A DNA stretch of 62,609 bases, filler included, from Asterionella formosa (taxonomy: Eukaryota), in assembly GCA_002256025.1 (NCBI GenBank). It is 16 parts of 16 records of this genome, joined end to end, with 100 filler letters (N's around TTAATTAATTAA, not from the genome) between each part and the next. Parts side by side here need not be neighbours in the genome. Positions count along the whole stretch, not along the records: positions 48,166 to 50,146 come from NKIB01000712.1; positions 50,247 to 52,224 come from NKIB01000713.1; positions 52,325 to 54,299 come from NKIB01000714.1; positions 54,400 to 56,378 come from NKIB01000716.1; positions 56,479 to 58,452 come from NKIB01000717.1; positions 58,553 to 60,531 come from NKIB01000718.1; positions 60,632 to 62,609 come from NKIB01000719.1; 9 more parts are not named here. One strand, written 5' to 3'. The notes below the pieces were generated by a model. It saw only the letters and a program-made list of their open reading frames with translations. It was not told the DNA's origin and made no database searches. Of the stretch, positions 49,910-61,589 are shown piece by piece. Within the stretch, counting starts at the first letter, position 1; each line of letters opens with the position of its first letter. The position numbers were made by a program, and so were the translations under genes.

Positions 49910-51414
49910 AGCACAAGAAATTGCGCCATATGGTACATCTAAGACGCGAAATACGCCACTTTTCGAAATTTCGTCTACGTATGAGTGTTAAATATGTGGT
50001 ACTTCACATGCATTAATGCCACTCTTCACGTAAAAAAGATTACTTTTAACGGTTTCATGTGAAGTTTTAACTGTTTCATGTGAAGTTTTCACAATGAATT
50101 TTGAACGCGAGACTGAATTAGTTGATGTTTCAAATAATTCATTTGANNNNNNNNNNNNNNNNNNNNNNNNNNNNNNNNNNNNNNNNNNNNTTAATTAATT
50201 AANNNNNNNNNNNNNNNNNNNNNNNNNNNNNNNNNNNNNNNNNNNNTCTTGCCTTTTGTTGCTTGATACTGTTTGCTGTTGCTTGTTGTGGGCGGATCTC
50301 CTCTCCTATTCTCCTTCGTCTTTGTTCGGAATTGTTAGCGCATGAATTGCTATTTGTAATGAATTATAAAAAGGGCTTGATTGTGTGCTTGTTACTTGCT
50401 TGTTGATCACGAACTTACTCTGCAAACGCTGTTCTTTGTCTACAGACAATCAATCTGTTGAGCGAGAGATTTGTTGGGAATCAGGCTGCGGCATGGTAGC
50501 TAAGCACAACGAAAATGATGCCTTTGTAACGATTGTTTGTTCATGAACTCACTCTACGATTGTTGTTCACTGATTGCAGACAATCATATGATCAGGGCTG
50601 GGTTGGCCATTGGGGAACATGGTAAGGAGCACAGCAGAAACGAAATCATGGCTTCGTAACTTTTTTTCTCATCAACTCACTCTGCAAATGTTTCCCTCTT
50701 TCTACAAAAGACAATCAATCCGAGCAATGAGAATGAGCAGCCGGCTCATTTGCTATGAATTGATCTACCGGTAGTAAACATGGATTCCTGCAAGTACTAT
50801 GAGTAGCCAAGCAATCTTGCGTTAAGTTACAGCATCCAGCTGCAAGAATGAACATCCATTGCTTGTCGTATTGGTTTGAGAATCACGTTCTATAGAAAGT
50901 ATCAATATAAACTACTATATAGCGAAGCGATTAATTTGATTGATTTTGCGATTGTAGAATGAAATTGAAAAAGCGAATTGGTTACACATAATTATTTGTT
51001 TGACTAGCATATATATTTGTTTAACCTTGAGGTATTAATGTGATCAAAGTAAAGATAAAATGGGAGCAAACTAACAGAATTAATGGTAGTCAGAGTGAAG
51101 AATATTTGTGAACGGAAATGTTGCGAATTGTCGAGAAAAGTACCGTATTATAGAGATTATTACTGAACAAATTTTTCTTCCTCTCGCAAGAAAATATTGT
51201 CAGTTGGACCCAAAAATTATGTGGGTTTCTAAAATAATTATGGAAGTTGTCGAAACTATTTTAGTTCACTCCGTCCATATATATTGTATGATGCATCATA
51301 TTTTTTTGTGATGTCATACCCTTAAATTATGTACGTAGCTAAATTCGTCATATTGGGCCACCCAAATGATTAATTTGGGTGATCATATTTGACTAGCGTT
51401 TTTTTTGTGGCGGC

Positions 51415-52224
51415 TGTACCAGTAATCGGCGTTGTAGATGTAACTAGGTTAATAGCAGATGTAGTGATCGTGAGAGCAGGCTTATGGAGGCGCACAATTA
51501 GATAATCGGCGTCATCGAATGTAAGAAGTTTAAATGAGTATTCTTTTCCATTAGGGAGCTTTAACCAGAGGAGGTTCCCATGTCGGCGAAGGCGATGATC
51601 AATTTCATATCCAAGTCGTTTGAGGGCATGAATACTAAGTGACCGTCAGCGATAATGGGGAAGTTCAACAGTGTTTGGCAAGGACATTTCTAATTCGAGT
51701 GTACGATCAGCAGAAATGAAACAAGGTAGTAATGTGCCAATATAACCAACCTGATCATTGTCTCCAATTTTGGCAGTTTGACAGACCACGTAAGAGCTGA
51801 CCACATTATGGATCTCATTACTGACACATGTCACATTTCCATTTGCTCCAGTATCAACATGCATGAGAGTCTCACCATCTTGAAGGCGGGCAGCATATTC
51901 AAGAGCAGCAGTAATTGAGGTGGTGGTGGCATGAGGTAAAGAATATGGAGCACTGTGTTGAATTTCAATGGGATCATGATGTGAGTATGTTGGATTGGGT
52001 TCTGGATTTGTTGTCATAGCTATGCAAGAAGGATCAAGGACAGCAACCATGCCAGTATGGTAGACAGGTATGGTGGAAGTGTGACCAGTATGGTCCCAAC
52101 TGTAGACATGGGGAGTAGGCTCAAGAGATGAAGCGAAATCTGCAGCTGAAGTAGATCGCACCTCATCGAGCAAGGAATCAACTAGTGGTGCATGTGATTC
52201 TTCATGGGTTGTGGATGAGATTGC
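51415..52224 (-). mobile_element. LTR retrotransposon pol fragment (aspartic protease)
   Basis: LMHVDTGANGNV followed by ...RSLSIHALKRLGY..H, with an in-frame stop. Confidence 0.55.
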
Positions 52225-52583
52225 NNNNNNNNNNNNNNNNNNNNNNNNNNNNNNNNNNNNNNNNNNNNTTAATTAATTAANNNNNNNNNNNNNNNNNNNN
52301 NNNNNNNNNNNNNNNNNNNNNNNNGCCTATTTGTGACTTCCTGCGCAACACAACAAAACTTGCCACAACGACGAATCAAACGGGTTTCGAATATGAGGAG
52401 TGGTTGGAACGAAGAGACTTGTCATAAACATGACACTTCTGTCCGACTCGGTCGATGGAGCAAAAGAAACGACACCAGCGTGCGGTTATTTGCAAATGGC
52501 TGTACTTGATTAAAAACAAATAACCATTTTATTAGTAACTATTTATGAGTAAAAAAAATTCTTACTTCCATCTTTCCCCATAG

Positions 52584-52787
52584 AAATCAAGCAAAAACGA
52601 AACTAGTCCTGACAAGGGATACTGTATCGTCGATCCGGAAAGTGGGGAACTCATTCGTCTCACAGTAGCCGAAAAGGAGTGTATCTTTCTGGACGCGCTT
52701 CAGTCCTACGATGCCACTGGAAGGCAAATGCTCAAGGATGACGAGTTTGACCTATTGAAAGAAGATTTGCAATGGAACGGATCTGAG
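52584..52787 (+). pseudogene. PGRL1: PGRL1 (PGR5-like 1) exon fragment
   Basis: After a pyrimidine tract and AG acceptor the frame reads ...PDKGYCIVDPESGELIRLTVAEKECIFLDALQSYDATGRQMLKDDEFDLLKEDLQWNGSE, then stops inside a repeat. Confidence 0.8.
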
Positions 52788-52788
52788 C

Positions 52789-54077
52789 ATATATATAGCT
52801 AAAAAAAGGAAAGACGACACAACAATGAACGTGATGGCTGGTTGTTGAGGATACCGGTATGTGATATGCATCAATCCATCATGTCACAAATCATATTATA
52901 GTGATGTACCTATCAATGCATCCATATACTTAGATCCTATCCACTGTATAATACTATCATATTAGCTAACTGTTGACTTTAACTGTATACATTAAACGAC
53001 AAACACATATATTAATTAACATACTTTATGATTGCTTGATTTATATTCGATGATGTCTTGGTAACACTTGCGTACATATTTTATCGTATTTTATTGTCAT
53101 TGTATTATTTTTGCATGATCATATTTTGATCAAAATTATATCATAAACATTCTATAAAATCATCATAGTTTTAGGATCAATGTATCATAGCTATGTGATG
53201 TACTTTATTCAATATTACGTATCATACTTTGGTGATGTATGCATCGATGTAACCTTATCATGATATCACAGTATCATCTTATCAATCATGATGAGATGAT
53301 TGGGAAGCAACTGTATTCTGCATTGTGCTACAGGGTATATTATTATATCACGCAATTTAGTAGCAAAGTCACTCCGCCTGTAATGCACTAAAGTCGACAG
53401 TGCACATACCGGTACTCAGACGCTAATCAGGTTTGAGGCAACGGACAGTGGTTCCAACGAGCGAATGATGATACCACGAGTACCAATTTTTCCAACGAAA
53501 GAACTTGTCTCTCTATTGATGAGGATGACATGGACACCGACTTTTCCAGGAGCAAACAACAATGAAGAGACCCACTTCGTCTGCGTCGCTCTATTGATGG
53601 TAACAAAGATACGGACAAGTTTAACAGTGAATACAAGAACCACATTCCAATGAAAACAAGTCGACAGTGGCTGTGTGTACGCACACGCCAAGCAGGTTTG
53701 AGGCAACGGACAATTCCAACAAGCAAATGACGATACAGATATCAAATTCTTCCTACGAGCAAACAACAATGAAAAGAGCCACTTGCTTTCGCTCTCTTGA
53801 TGGTATCAAAGATGCCGACAAGTTCACTAGTTAATTCAAGTACAGTATGCCAAATGCAGAAATGAGCGAGCGATATGAAAATGAAATGCGTTCTAATCAG
53901 AATCATTCTATAACTATAGCTATGTGGACAGTAGTCTGTTACGCACATTTTCGTATCTCCTTCTATGCTGAATCGAAATAGTAGATGTAGTATCATGTGA
54001 GAATTGAAAATTTCAACGAGAACAAGTACCGGTAGAATGTGTTTGTTTACGGGTTGATTGGTGAGATTGTCATGCTG
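52789..54077 (+). repeat. Second copy of the 18619-20165 repeat segment
   Basis: Colinear similarity to 18619-20165, with fewer internal tandem units. Confidence 0.9.
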
Positions 54078-54414
54078 AAGTGGACAAATCAGATATATTT
54101 TGTGCGCAAAGACGGAAGTTGGTAGGGTTTATAATGTCATTTATTTCTCCGTTCTGAATGATTGGACCATTTATAGCAGCAGCATCATGATCTACTAAAC
54201 TATCAAGGAATAAACCATTATCATAGTCATCGGCATCAAAACAAACTGTTTGAACGAAATCAATTGAACTTTCAAATGAATTATTTGAAACATCAACTAN
54301 NNNNNNNNNNNNNNNNNNNNNNNNNNNNNNNNNNNNNNNNNNNTTAATTAATTAANNNNNNNNNNNNNNNNNNNNNNNNNNNNNNNNNNNNNNNNNNNNC
54401 GTGCGTTATCCATC

Positions 54415-55450
54415 ATGAAGCTATCTACGGTTGCCGTTGCCCTTGCTCTTGCCGTCTCCGCCAGGGCCGCTGATGTCCCCAGCTTGACCCCTGAAAACTA
54501 CGATGAGCTTACTGCTGGGAAGGTACGCTGGAAGGATTGTAACAACAACGTTCATATTGCTTGCTGGTACAGCCTCTACGGTGAAGGGCAATGACCATGA
54601 ATCATGACTAACCTCCATGTCCCTTGGCATCTCTCAATAGACTGTGTTCCTCAAGTTCTTCGCACCATGGTAAGTGAAGTGTTGATCATAGATGCGCGCA
54701 ATCTGCTTCAAGGTAGAACTGTTGTGATCGCCGACCTTAGTTTTCTGGGGTTCTCGTCGGCCTTGGCGAAGATTCCGTTTCCTCCCCATCCACAAATATC
54801 TTTCCCGGTCCGATTTGAGTCCACGTTCATACTTTCAATTGTTAGTTAGCACGCAATACTATTCACTATCAAGTACACTCACGACGCATTTACACTCTGT
54901 CCATTTTTAACCTAGGTGCGGTCACTGCAAGAAAATGGCTCCTGACTGGGAGAAGCTCTCCGACGAATGGGCTGGACACAAGGTTGGTTTCATCGGTGAT
55001 GTCGACTGCACCACTGAAGGAAAGCCTTTGTGCGACGCACAAGGTGTGAAGGGATTCCCTACACTCAAGTACGGCGATCCTGCTGCCCTAGAAGACTATT
55101 CCGGAGGCCGATCCTACGACGACTTGTCCAAGTTCGCCAAAGAGAACCTGAAGCCCGTTTGCAACCCATCAAACCTCGACCTTTGCGATGCCGACAAGAA
55201 GAAGACAATCACGGAATTGCTGGCCAAGACTGAGGAAGAGTTGACCGCTGCTATCGCCGCCGAAGAAAAGAAGATTGAGGAAGCTGAAACGGCATTCAAG
55301 GGTGAGGTTCAGAAGCTTCAAGACCTCTACCAGAAGCTTTCTGCAGACAAGGATGCTGCCATCGACGCTGTTAAGGCTGCGGGTCTTGGTCTCATGAAGT
55401 CGGTTGTCAGCTTCAAGAGCAAGTCCGCTGAGAAGAAGGATGAGTTGTAG
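54415..55450 (+). CDS. ER thioredoxin/protein disulfide isomerase-like protein (3 exons)
   Basis: Exons 54415-54522, 54641-54669 and 54916-55450 with GT-AG introns give a signal peptide, KFFAPWCGHCKKMAPDW, GFPTLKY, a coiled coil and C-terminal KDEL. Confidence 0.93.
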
Positions 55451-57727
55451 ATGATCAATTTTTTGGCTCGAGTGATGTGACAGGTTGGCCAACGAGTGAT
55501 GTTTCATAACGATAATAATTCCTCACTGTTTTATATTCAGCTTCTGTCTCTGTTTTTCGTTTTCTTTATTATTCTTGGCCGTTCTGGTTGGGGAGAATGC
55601 ATTGATTGTTATTGCGAACATTATGAAGGTGGAATCCATCTGGTCCATAATCACCACGACCTATGTGCATGTAGAGCAGGACAAGGATGTAGAAAGATGG
55701 ACGCAGCCATGCCTTGACAAAGCACAACTCAAAATACTTGTTGAAACCTATGTAGACGTGCTTGTTCCCCTCAAACCTATTTTCATGATGCATTTTGAAA
55801 TATCCTTGGCTGCCATCAGTACTCCACCTCAAATATGGATCTGGAACTAAAACCTCTCCTTCTTCATAAACATGTTATTTTTTGAAATTCCATTAACTTG
55901 GGGAAGATTGAGGACTAATAGACCAATGTGCAATATATTTTTGAAGATGTATTCTTGATGTCTAGTATGTAGAGCTTTGTACACCAAATTGATAATATGG
56001 TCATCCTGAAAATAAAATGACATTTCCTTCAGAACACCATTTATGCTGTGCTAAAATATATTTCATGAATTGATTTTAAGATGCAATTAGTACCAGTAAC
56101 ACCGCAGCATTTTTGGAAAATACAGAATCCTTTGAACAAAATTCATCTATAAAGTGCCAAGTTGCAGAAAGACAAGCAAAATTTGGTTCAGGGTTTTCAT
56201 CCTTGTTTGAATCGTATTTTATTGCCGTGGTTTTCATCCAACTTTCCCTTTCCCCAGAATTGTTCCTGCATTGATTCAGTGCGCTTGCATCATCATTATG
56301 TCACAAATCAGCGGTGATAGTGACAGTAGTAGCTTTGGAGAAGTTGCGGGCCCTTTTACTGAGCACAAGAAGAATATGNNNNNNNNNNNNNNNNNNNNNN
56401 NNNNNNNNNNNNNNNNNNNNNNTTAATTAATTAANNNNNNNNNNNNNNNNNNNNNNNNNNNNNNNNNNNNNNNNNNNNGGTAAAAGTTGAAATTGGCAGT
56501 CACCATGGCTTCCACTGGGTTTGATATTGAGTAGGTAGTATGGCTGATGGAGGAGGTGGAGGGCAGATGCATACATATGTTTTAGCAAGTCTTTTGGAAC
56601 CTTGATTCACGTATAACCAGCAAGGCCTGTTTAGTAGCAGCAACTTTGATATGATTCGTCTCATTTGGTCAATCTGTTTTTTGTATAGTATAAATGTAGA
56701 TTTTTTCCTCAAGTATAGTACGGAGGATAATACTGACTGGTTCTTCCTACTAAGGAAACAAAATGTATATTTCTATGCATTTGTACTTAGTGGGATGAAA
56801 AAACATGGATCTTTGATGTTGTCACACATACTATCATGCCAGCAGGGAAAATGAGATATGGGTAAGTAGTCAAAGACCACACAGCTACATATATTGAGAA
56901 AATTTTCCATTTCACTAGTACCAGTATACTTTAGCTACTTTTTTTTTTCACATTATTTCCAGCATCATTCAAATAAATAGCTTTGAGAATATATTAGGCT
57001 ACTGGTATGGACCCCCATCCAAAATGCGCCTTACTATTTTATCAGGTACCATGGTACCTGATACTATAGCTGTACTTTTATATTTATTCAAAAGTCGAGA
57101 CCACATTATTATTACAGTATAGAGATATGGAGGGTTCCTTCATTTCAACCCTGTGTTCATATATTTTATATTACGTCCTTATCAATGATACGAACAGATG
57201 CACCATGCTAACCCTGCTTTGGGTCTACAATCGTATGCCAAGCAGTAGGGTGCTCGCGCGCAAAATGGTTTGAGCAGCTGTGTACAAACTTATGTCCCTT
57301 TATGTAATGTATGTCGTAGGGCACTTGGTCTTAATATTGAGAAGTCTCGAAACGCTTTGAGTATACAATCATACTACGCCATGTAGTATAATGCTGGCTC
57401 GCAAGACAAAAATGTATAAAAAATGTATATAAATATATGTACATTGTGTTCTTAGGTATGATACAAACAGAAGTGCGATGAGAACACACGATTGGGTATA
57501 CAATCGTACGCCACTCAGTAGAATGCTGGCTCGCAATACGAGGTTGTACGCACCATACCAGGGCCTGTAGGTAGAAGTCCACGATAAAAATGAAGGTCAG
57601 TCGTCACAACATTGCTGACCCTTGCTTGTTTATTCATTGACAGGAGGTTCTCCCCTTCTCTCCTTTCCTCTCACTTCCATTGTCTTGTACTCCCTAGCAG
57701 GTACCCATCACAATCAGGTAGAAAACA

Positions 57728-58452
57728 GTGAAGGTTTGGTTCCACTTGTTCCTTGGAAACGCAGGACTATAGCCAGTTTATGTCACTTTGAATCCAAATG
57801 ATGACATTGACGACTTGAAGAAAGCTGTGAAGATTAAATATTCAAGGTGTTTCTCCATCGCAGCTCCGTGTGTACCCACCTGGAACTCAAGTGCCGGTCA
57901 CTGAGGGAGCTGATGATCCAACCTTGGATCCTGGAGGTCCGGTTGTTCATCTGATGAATTGGGGAACTAGCAGCCAGAATGCGTTCGTGATTGTTGCACC
58001 TGATATTCGTACGTATTTTGATCTCATGGAATACCTTCTATTTTATTGTAGGTCACAGCTCCTAATACTCACGTATCATTTCGTATCATTTATCCCATAC
58101 AAATACTCGCTACTGTTGAAAAAAAACCAAGGAACGACGAAACGCCAGAAACAAAATGATGAGCAGGAGGAAGTCTCCTTAATAAAGGTTATAGACGAGA
58201 GGCTCAAACTTCAATTTGATGACTTGAAGAAGGAGCGGAATCAAGATTTTGACCAGGAGGAAGCCTCGTCCTTAATATTGCTTATAAAGGAGAAGCTCAA
58301 CGTTCATTTCAAGCGCTTGGAGACGGATCAGCAAAGGCGAAGAATTCCAAAGACAATGCATATCTACATGATTGATCCAAAAAAATTCCTTCTATTCCTA
58401 CTTTACCTCCTTCTGACCCTACCTTACCTCCTTTTGATCCTACTTTACCCGC
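57728..58452 (+). pseudogene. Crinkler (CRN)-type N-terminal ubiquitin-like header, disrupted
   Basis: VKVWFHL...*PVYVTLNPNDDIDDLKKAVKIKY, then a frameshift to QGVSPSQLRVYPPGT...LDPG...GTSSQNAFVIVAP. A GTACGT donor follows at 58009. Confidence 0.55.
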
Positions 58453-59410
58453 NNNNNNNNNNNNNNNNNNNNNNNNNNNNNNNNNNNNNNNNNNNNTTAA
58501 TTAATTAANNNNNNNNNNNNNNNNNNNNNNNNNNNNNNNNNNNNNNNNNNNNTCGCCTGTTGCAAGGCGAGATCCAATTGGCAATTTGGATGACTTCGTC
58601 TATGAATGAAAAATGCGTTAGGCCTTCTAACACTTTTGCTTAATTGTCGACTACCCCACTAAATAAATACATATGGAATCCAACATTATAAAAAATTCAA
58701 TTACATAAATTGTGAAATTAGATTATAAATTAGACCACCCTGTTCCGTCATGTTGCAATAAGAATGACGAAAATTTCTGGTTACAACCGCATATTGATCC
58801 ATCAGTGTGTATGTTGTTATCTTGTCGTTTCAGTTCGGCAACAGTGTGTCCATTTCTTTGTTTTATAGCTGGCGATAAATAGAAATGAATCCGTAGAGCA
58901 CCATTTTTTTAACTATTATCCAAAGCTCCTCCATGGACTATATCTCCACGCATGAGAAAGATGAATTTGAATGGTATGGACAAATGTATTGCATGTTTCT
59001 CATCTGCACAGTTATCCCATACATTCATCTAGCCTCGTCTCCTTGCCTTTGTCATCATGATCAAAGTATCTAACCAGTAAGAGTCGTTCCTTACTTTTCC
59101 GTTGTCTCTTGAACAGACATGAAATGCGCCATAGAAACACGTTTTTCCTGATTGAACAATCTGCAATTGGTACCCCCTTCACAACCATTATCGTTCCATT
59201 CCTTGTAGCACTCGGAACATTTGCCATTCCGCCCAGATAACAAGAAATGATATATTGCACTATCGATAGCGTGCGAATGTCAAGAGAAACAAGGAAGCAG
59301 AAAGGGATAATGGTCTGTCAACAAAGGATTAAACAGTGGGCGAGTGCTGTATCAGAAGCGTTTCAGCACCGACATACTCAGTAATATACATTAGATTGGT
59401 AGTGCAAAGC

Positions 59411-59710
59411 TACAGTTTCATAGTACCAGCGTAGTAATAGGTACAGTTTCACAGTAGCCACATCATGTTCCGACCGGGTATTGAAACAAGAGGAAGAAGG
59501 GAATGCTGGTATGGCAATTCTACAGTCTCACAGTACTAACGTAGCAATAGCTACAGTTTCACAGTAGCCACATCATGTTCCGACCGGGTATTGAAACAAG
59601 AGGAAGAAGGGAATGCTGGTAGGGCAAACCTACAGTCTCACAGTATTAACGTAGCAATAGGTACAGTTTCACAGTAGCCACATCATGTTCCGACCGGGTA
59701 TTGAAACAAG
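59411..59710. repeat. 110-bp tandem repeat, ~2.7 copies
   Basis: TACAGTTTCACAGTAGCCACATCATGTTCCGACCGGG starts at 59442, 59552 and 59662. Confidence 0.95.
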
Positions 59711-59821
59711 GGGATGATAGGAATGCGGAAATTTTATTCACAGATGTTGGTGCCCAGTAATCTAATTTAGTTCATGCTCATACTAATTTTCTTTTAGTTT
59801 CTAAATAGATAATTGTATGGT

Positions 59822-60531
59822 TTAGGGATGATCATTTACATTACGACGTGATGGCCAAACAATCTTGTTTTGTTTCCATAAAATATCAAAATGTTCAATG
59901 AGTTTACTCTTGAAGAACTGTAAACTTAAATGCCGAACCACTCGAACTGTATCAACATTCTTTGTTAGCACTTCAATATTGAAGTTATCATTTGGATCTG
60001 GCACTAAATTGCGAATTGCATCAGGAATTTGTCCATCACCATCATTACCAGGACCCATTCCAGAGGTATCAATTGTTCGCAAACTGGCTAATCCAAGTAC
60101 TGCCGGTCTTGCAACTGTATTTAGCCTTTGAATAGCAAAAGGTGCTTCAGCACCATTTAATTGGCCTAATGGTCCTTCCCAGTCACTTAAAACACCATTT
60201 TGCCATTGCAGGTCTAAGCCATCAATATCAAGTAACATGTTATGAAATGCACAACATGTTAGCCAGACTTTGTCAGGTTCTGTTACTCCATGTATTCGGA
60301 TGCCTGATTTTAAAATCCGCCAGCGTCCCTTTAGTATTCCAAAGGTACATTCCACATCTTTTCTAAGTGACTCCAGCCATTCAGACCATCTAAGTTCTTG
60401 TTCCGTTTCTGGGTTTTTGGTTGGAGGCACTGTTGTAGACCATTTTAGATATCCATTGTCAACTATCAAAAAGCATCCACTATACTTTATGGATACAACT
60501 GCTCCATTCCGATCTTTTTCTTTAAGCTCAA
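59822..60531 (-). mobile_element. PIF/Harbinger transposase C-terminal part
   Basis: VDNGY...ESLRKDVECTFGILKGRWRILK...CCAFHNMLL, the DDE_Tnp_4-type motifs. Confidence 0.92.
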
Positions 60532-60631
60532 NNNNNNNNNNNNNNNNNNNNNNNNNNNNNNNNNNNNNNNNNNNNTTAATTAATTAANNNNNNNNNNNNN
60601 NNNNNNNNNNNNNNNNNNNNNNNNNNNNNNN

Positions 60632-61589
60632 CAAAAAGCACCAAACAAGATCAGCAAAAGCTACGACGGGTGTTGGAATACATAAATGGAAGTATGGATG
60701 TGGAATACACCATTGGAGCCGACGACATGGGCAAGATGAGGTCGTGGGTGGATGCGGCTTTTGCCGTGCACCCTGACATGAAGAGCCACACCGGTGGCGT
60801 GATGTCTTTTGGAACTGGAGGCATCATATGCAAGTCGACCAAGCAGAAATTGAACACAAAGAGTTCGACGGAGGCTGAATTTGTGGGTGCCAGCGACTAT
60901 CTCCCGAACACACTGTGGGTAAAAATGTTTCTTGAAGCACAGGGATACAAGATTCAAGAAAGTTTCTTCGAACAAGACAACGAGAGCGCAATTAAACTCG
61001 AGAAGAACGGAAGAATTTCGGCAGGGCCAAAGTCTCGGCATATCAACATCCGCTATTTCTGGATTAAGGATCGATCGGTAGATGAAGAAATCGCCATTGT
61101 CCAACGTTGGAAATGTTGGGGGATTTTTTTACGAAACCACTGCAAGGAAACCTGTTCAGAACATTCCGAAATGTGCTTCTAGGAGCTGCGCACGTCGATA
61201 CCCAGACTGCCAGTTCCCTGGCAACAGCCGAGGAGCGTGTTGGAAAAATGCGAGCTGACTGCCACAGGACAGGTCTGAAGGGTATAGTGGAGACGAGAGA
61301 GAACAGTACTAAAGTTAAAAAGGTACAGCAGCTACCAAGATTTACCTGGGCTGACGTGGTAAAAGGCACAACGCAAGGAAAAGCAATCAGAGGTCAGGAA
61401 AAAATGTTAAAATGCAATGTGAGTATTAAGAGTGTTTCAAGACCATTATCTCGAAGCAATCCAGTTAGTAAAGTGAAAGTTTAAGTTTGACAACTTCCTC
61501 GTTGCTATCAATTTCATCAACTGTATTCGATTAACACAGTACTAGGTTCAAGGCCTACGATACGGTCGAATACGGTAGTTGTTACAACA
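60632..61589 (+). mobile_element. Ty1/copia RNase H, PPT and 3' LTR
   Basis: WVDAAFAVH.DMKSHTGG, KQKLNTKSSTEAE, QDNESAI, SRHINIRYF and (frameshifted) DFFTKPLQG. GAGGAGCG precedes an LTR running TGTTG (61238) to CAACA (61589). Confidence 0.92.

Larger units (their letters stand above)
31392..60631. other. Fifteen artificial contig spacers (44 N + TTAATTAATTAA + 44 N)
   Basis: Identical 100-nt spacers start at 31392, 33479, 35565, 37650, 39734, 41818, 43902, 45985, 48066, 50147, 52225, 54300, 56379, 58453 and 60532. The contigs they delimit are all 1974-1987 nt, in roughly decreasing order. Confidence 0.97.

Noticed and set aside
54916..55510. PDI as a selenoprotein (UxxC homologues exist in algae)
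   Set aside because: The spliced active site reads TGG TGC GGT CAC TGC (WCGHC) with no TGA, and I see no convincing SECIS in the 3' UTR.
31392..60631. Regularly spaced TTAATTAATTAA repeats about every 2.08 kb
   Set aside because: This is a six-frame-stop linker embedded in N runs, an assembly artefact. No gene neighbourhood can be inferred across it.
855..61484. Numerous short overlapping or antisense ORFs in the six-frame track
   Set aside because: They are shadows of real CDSs or TE ORFs, or chance ORFs with no recognisable motifs.
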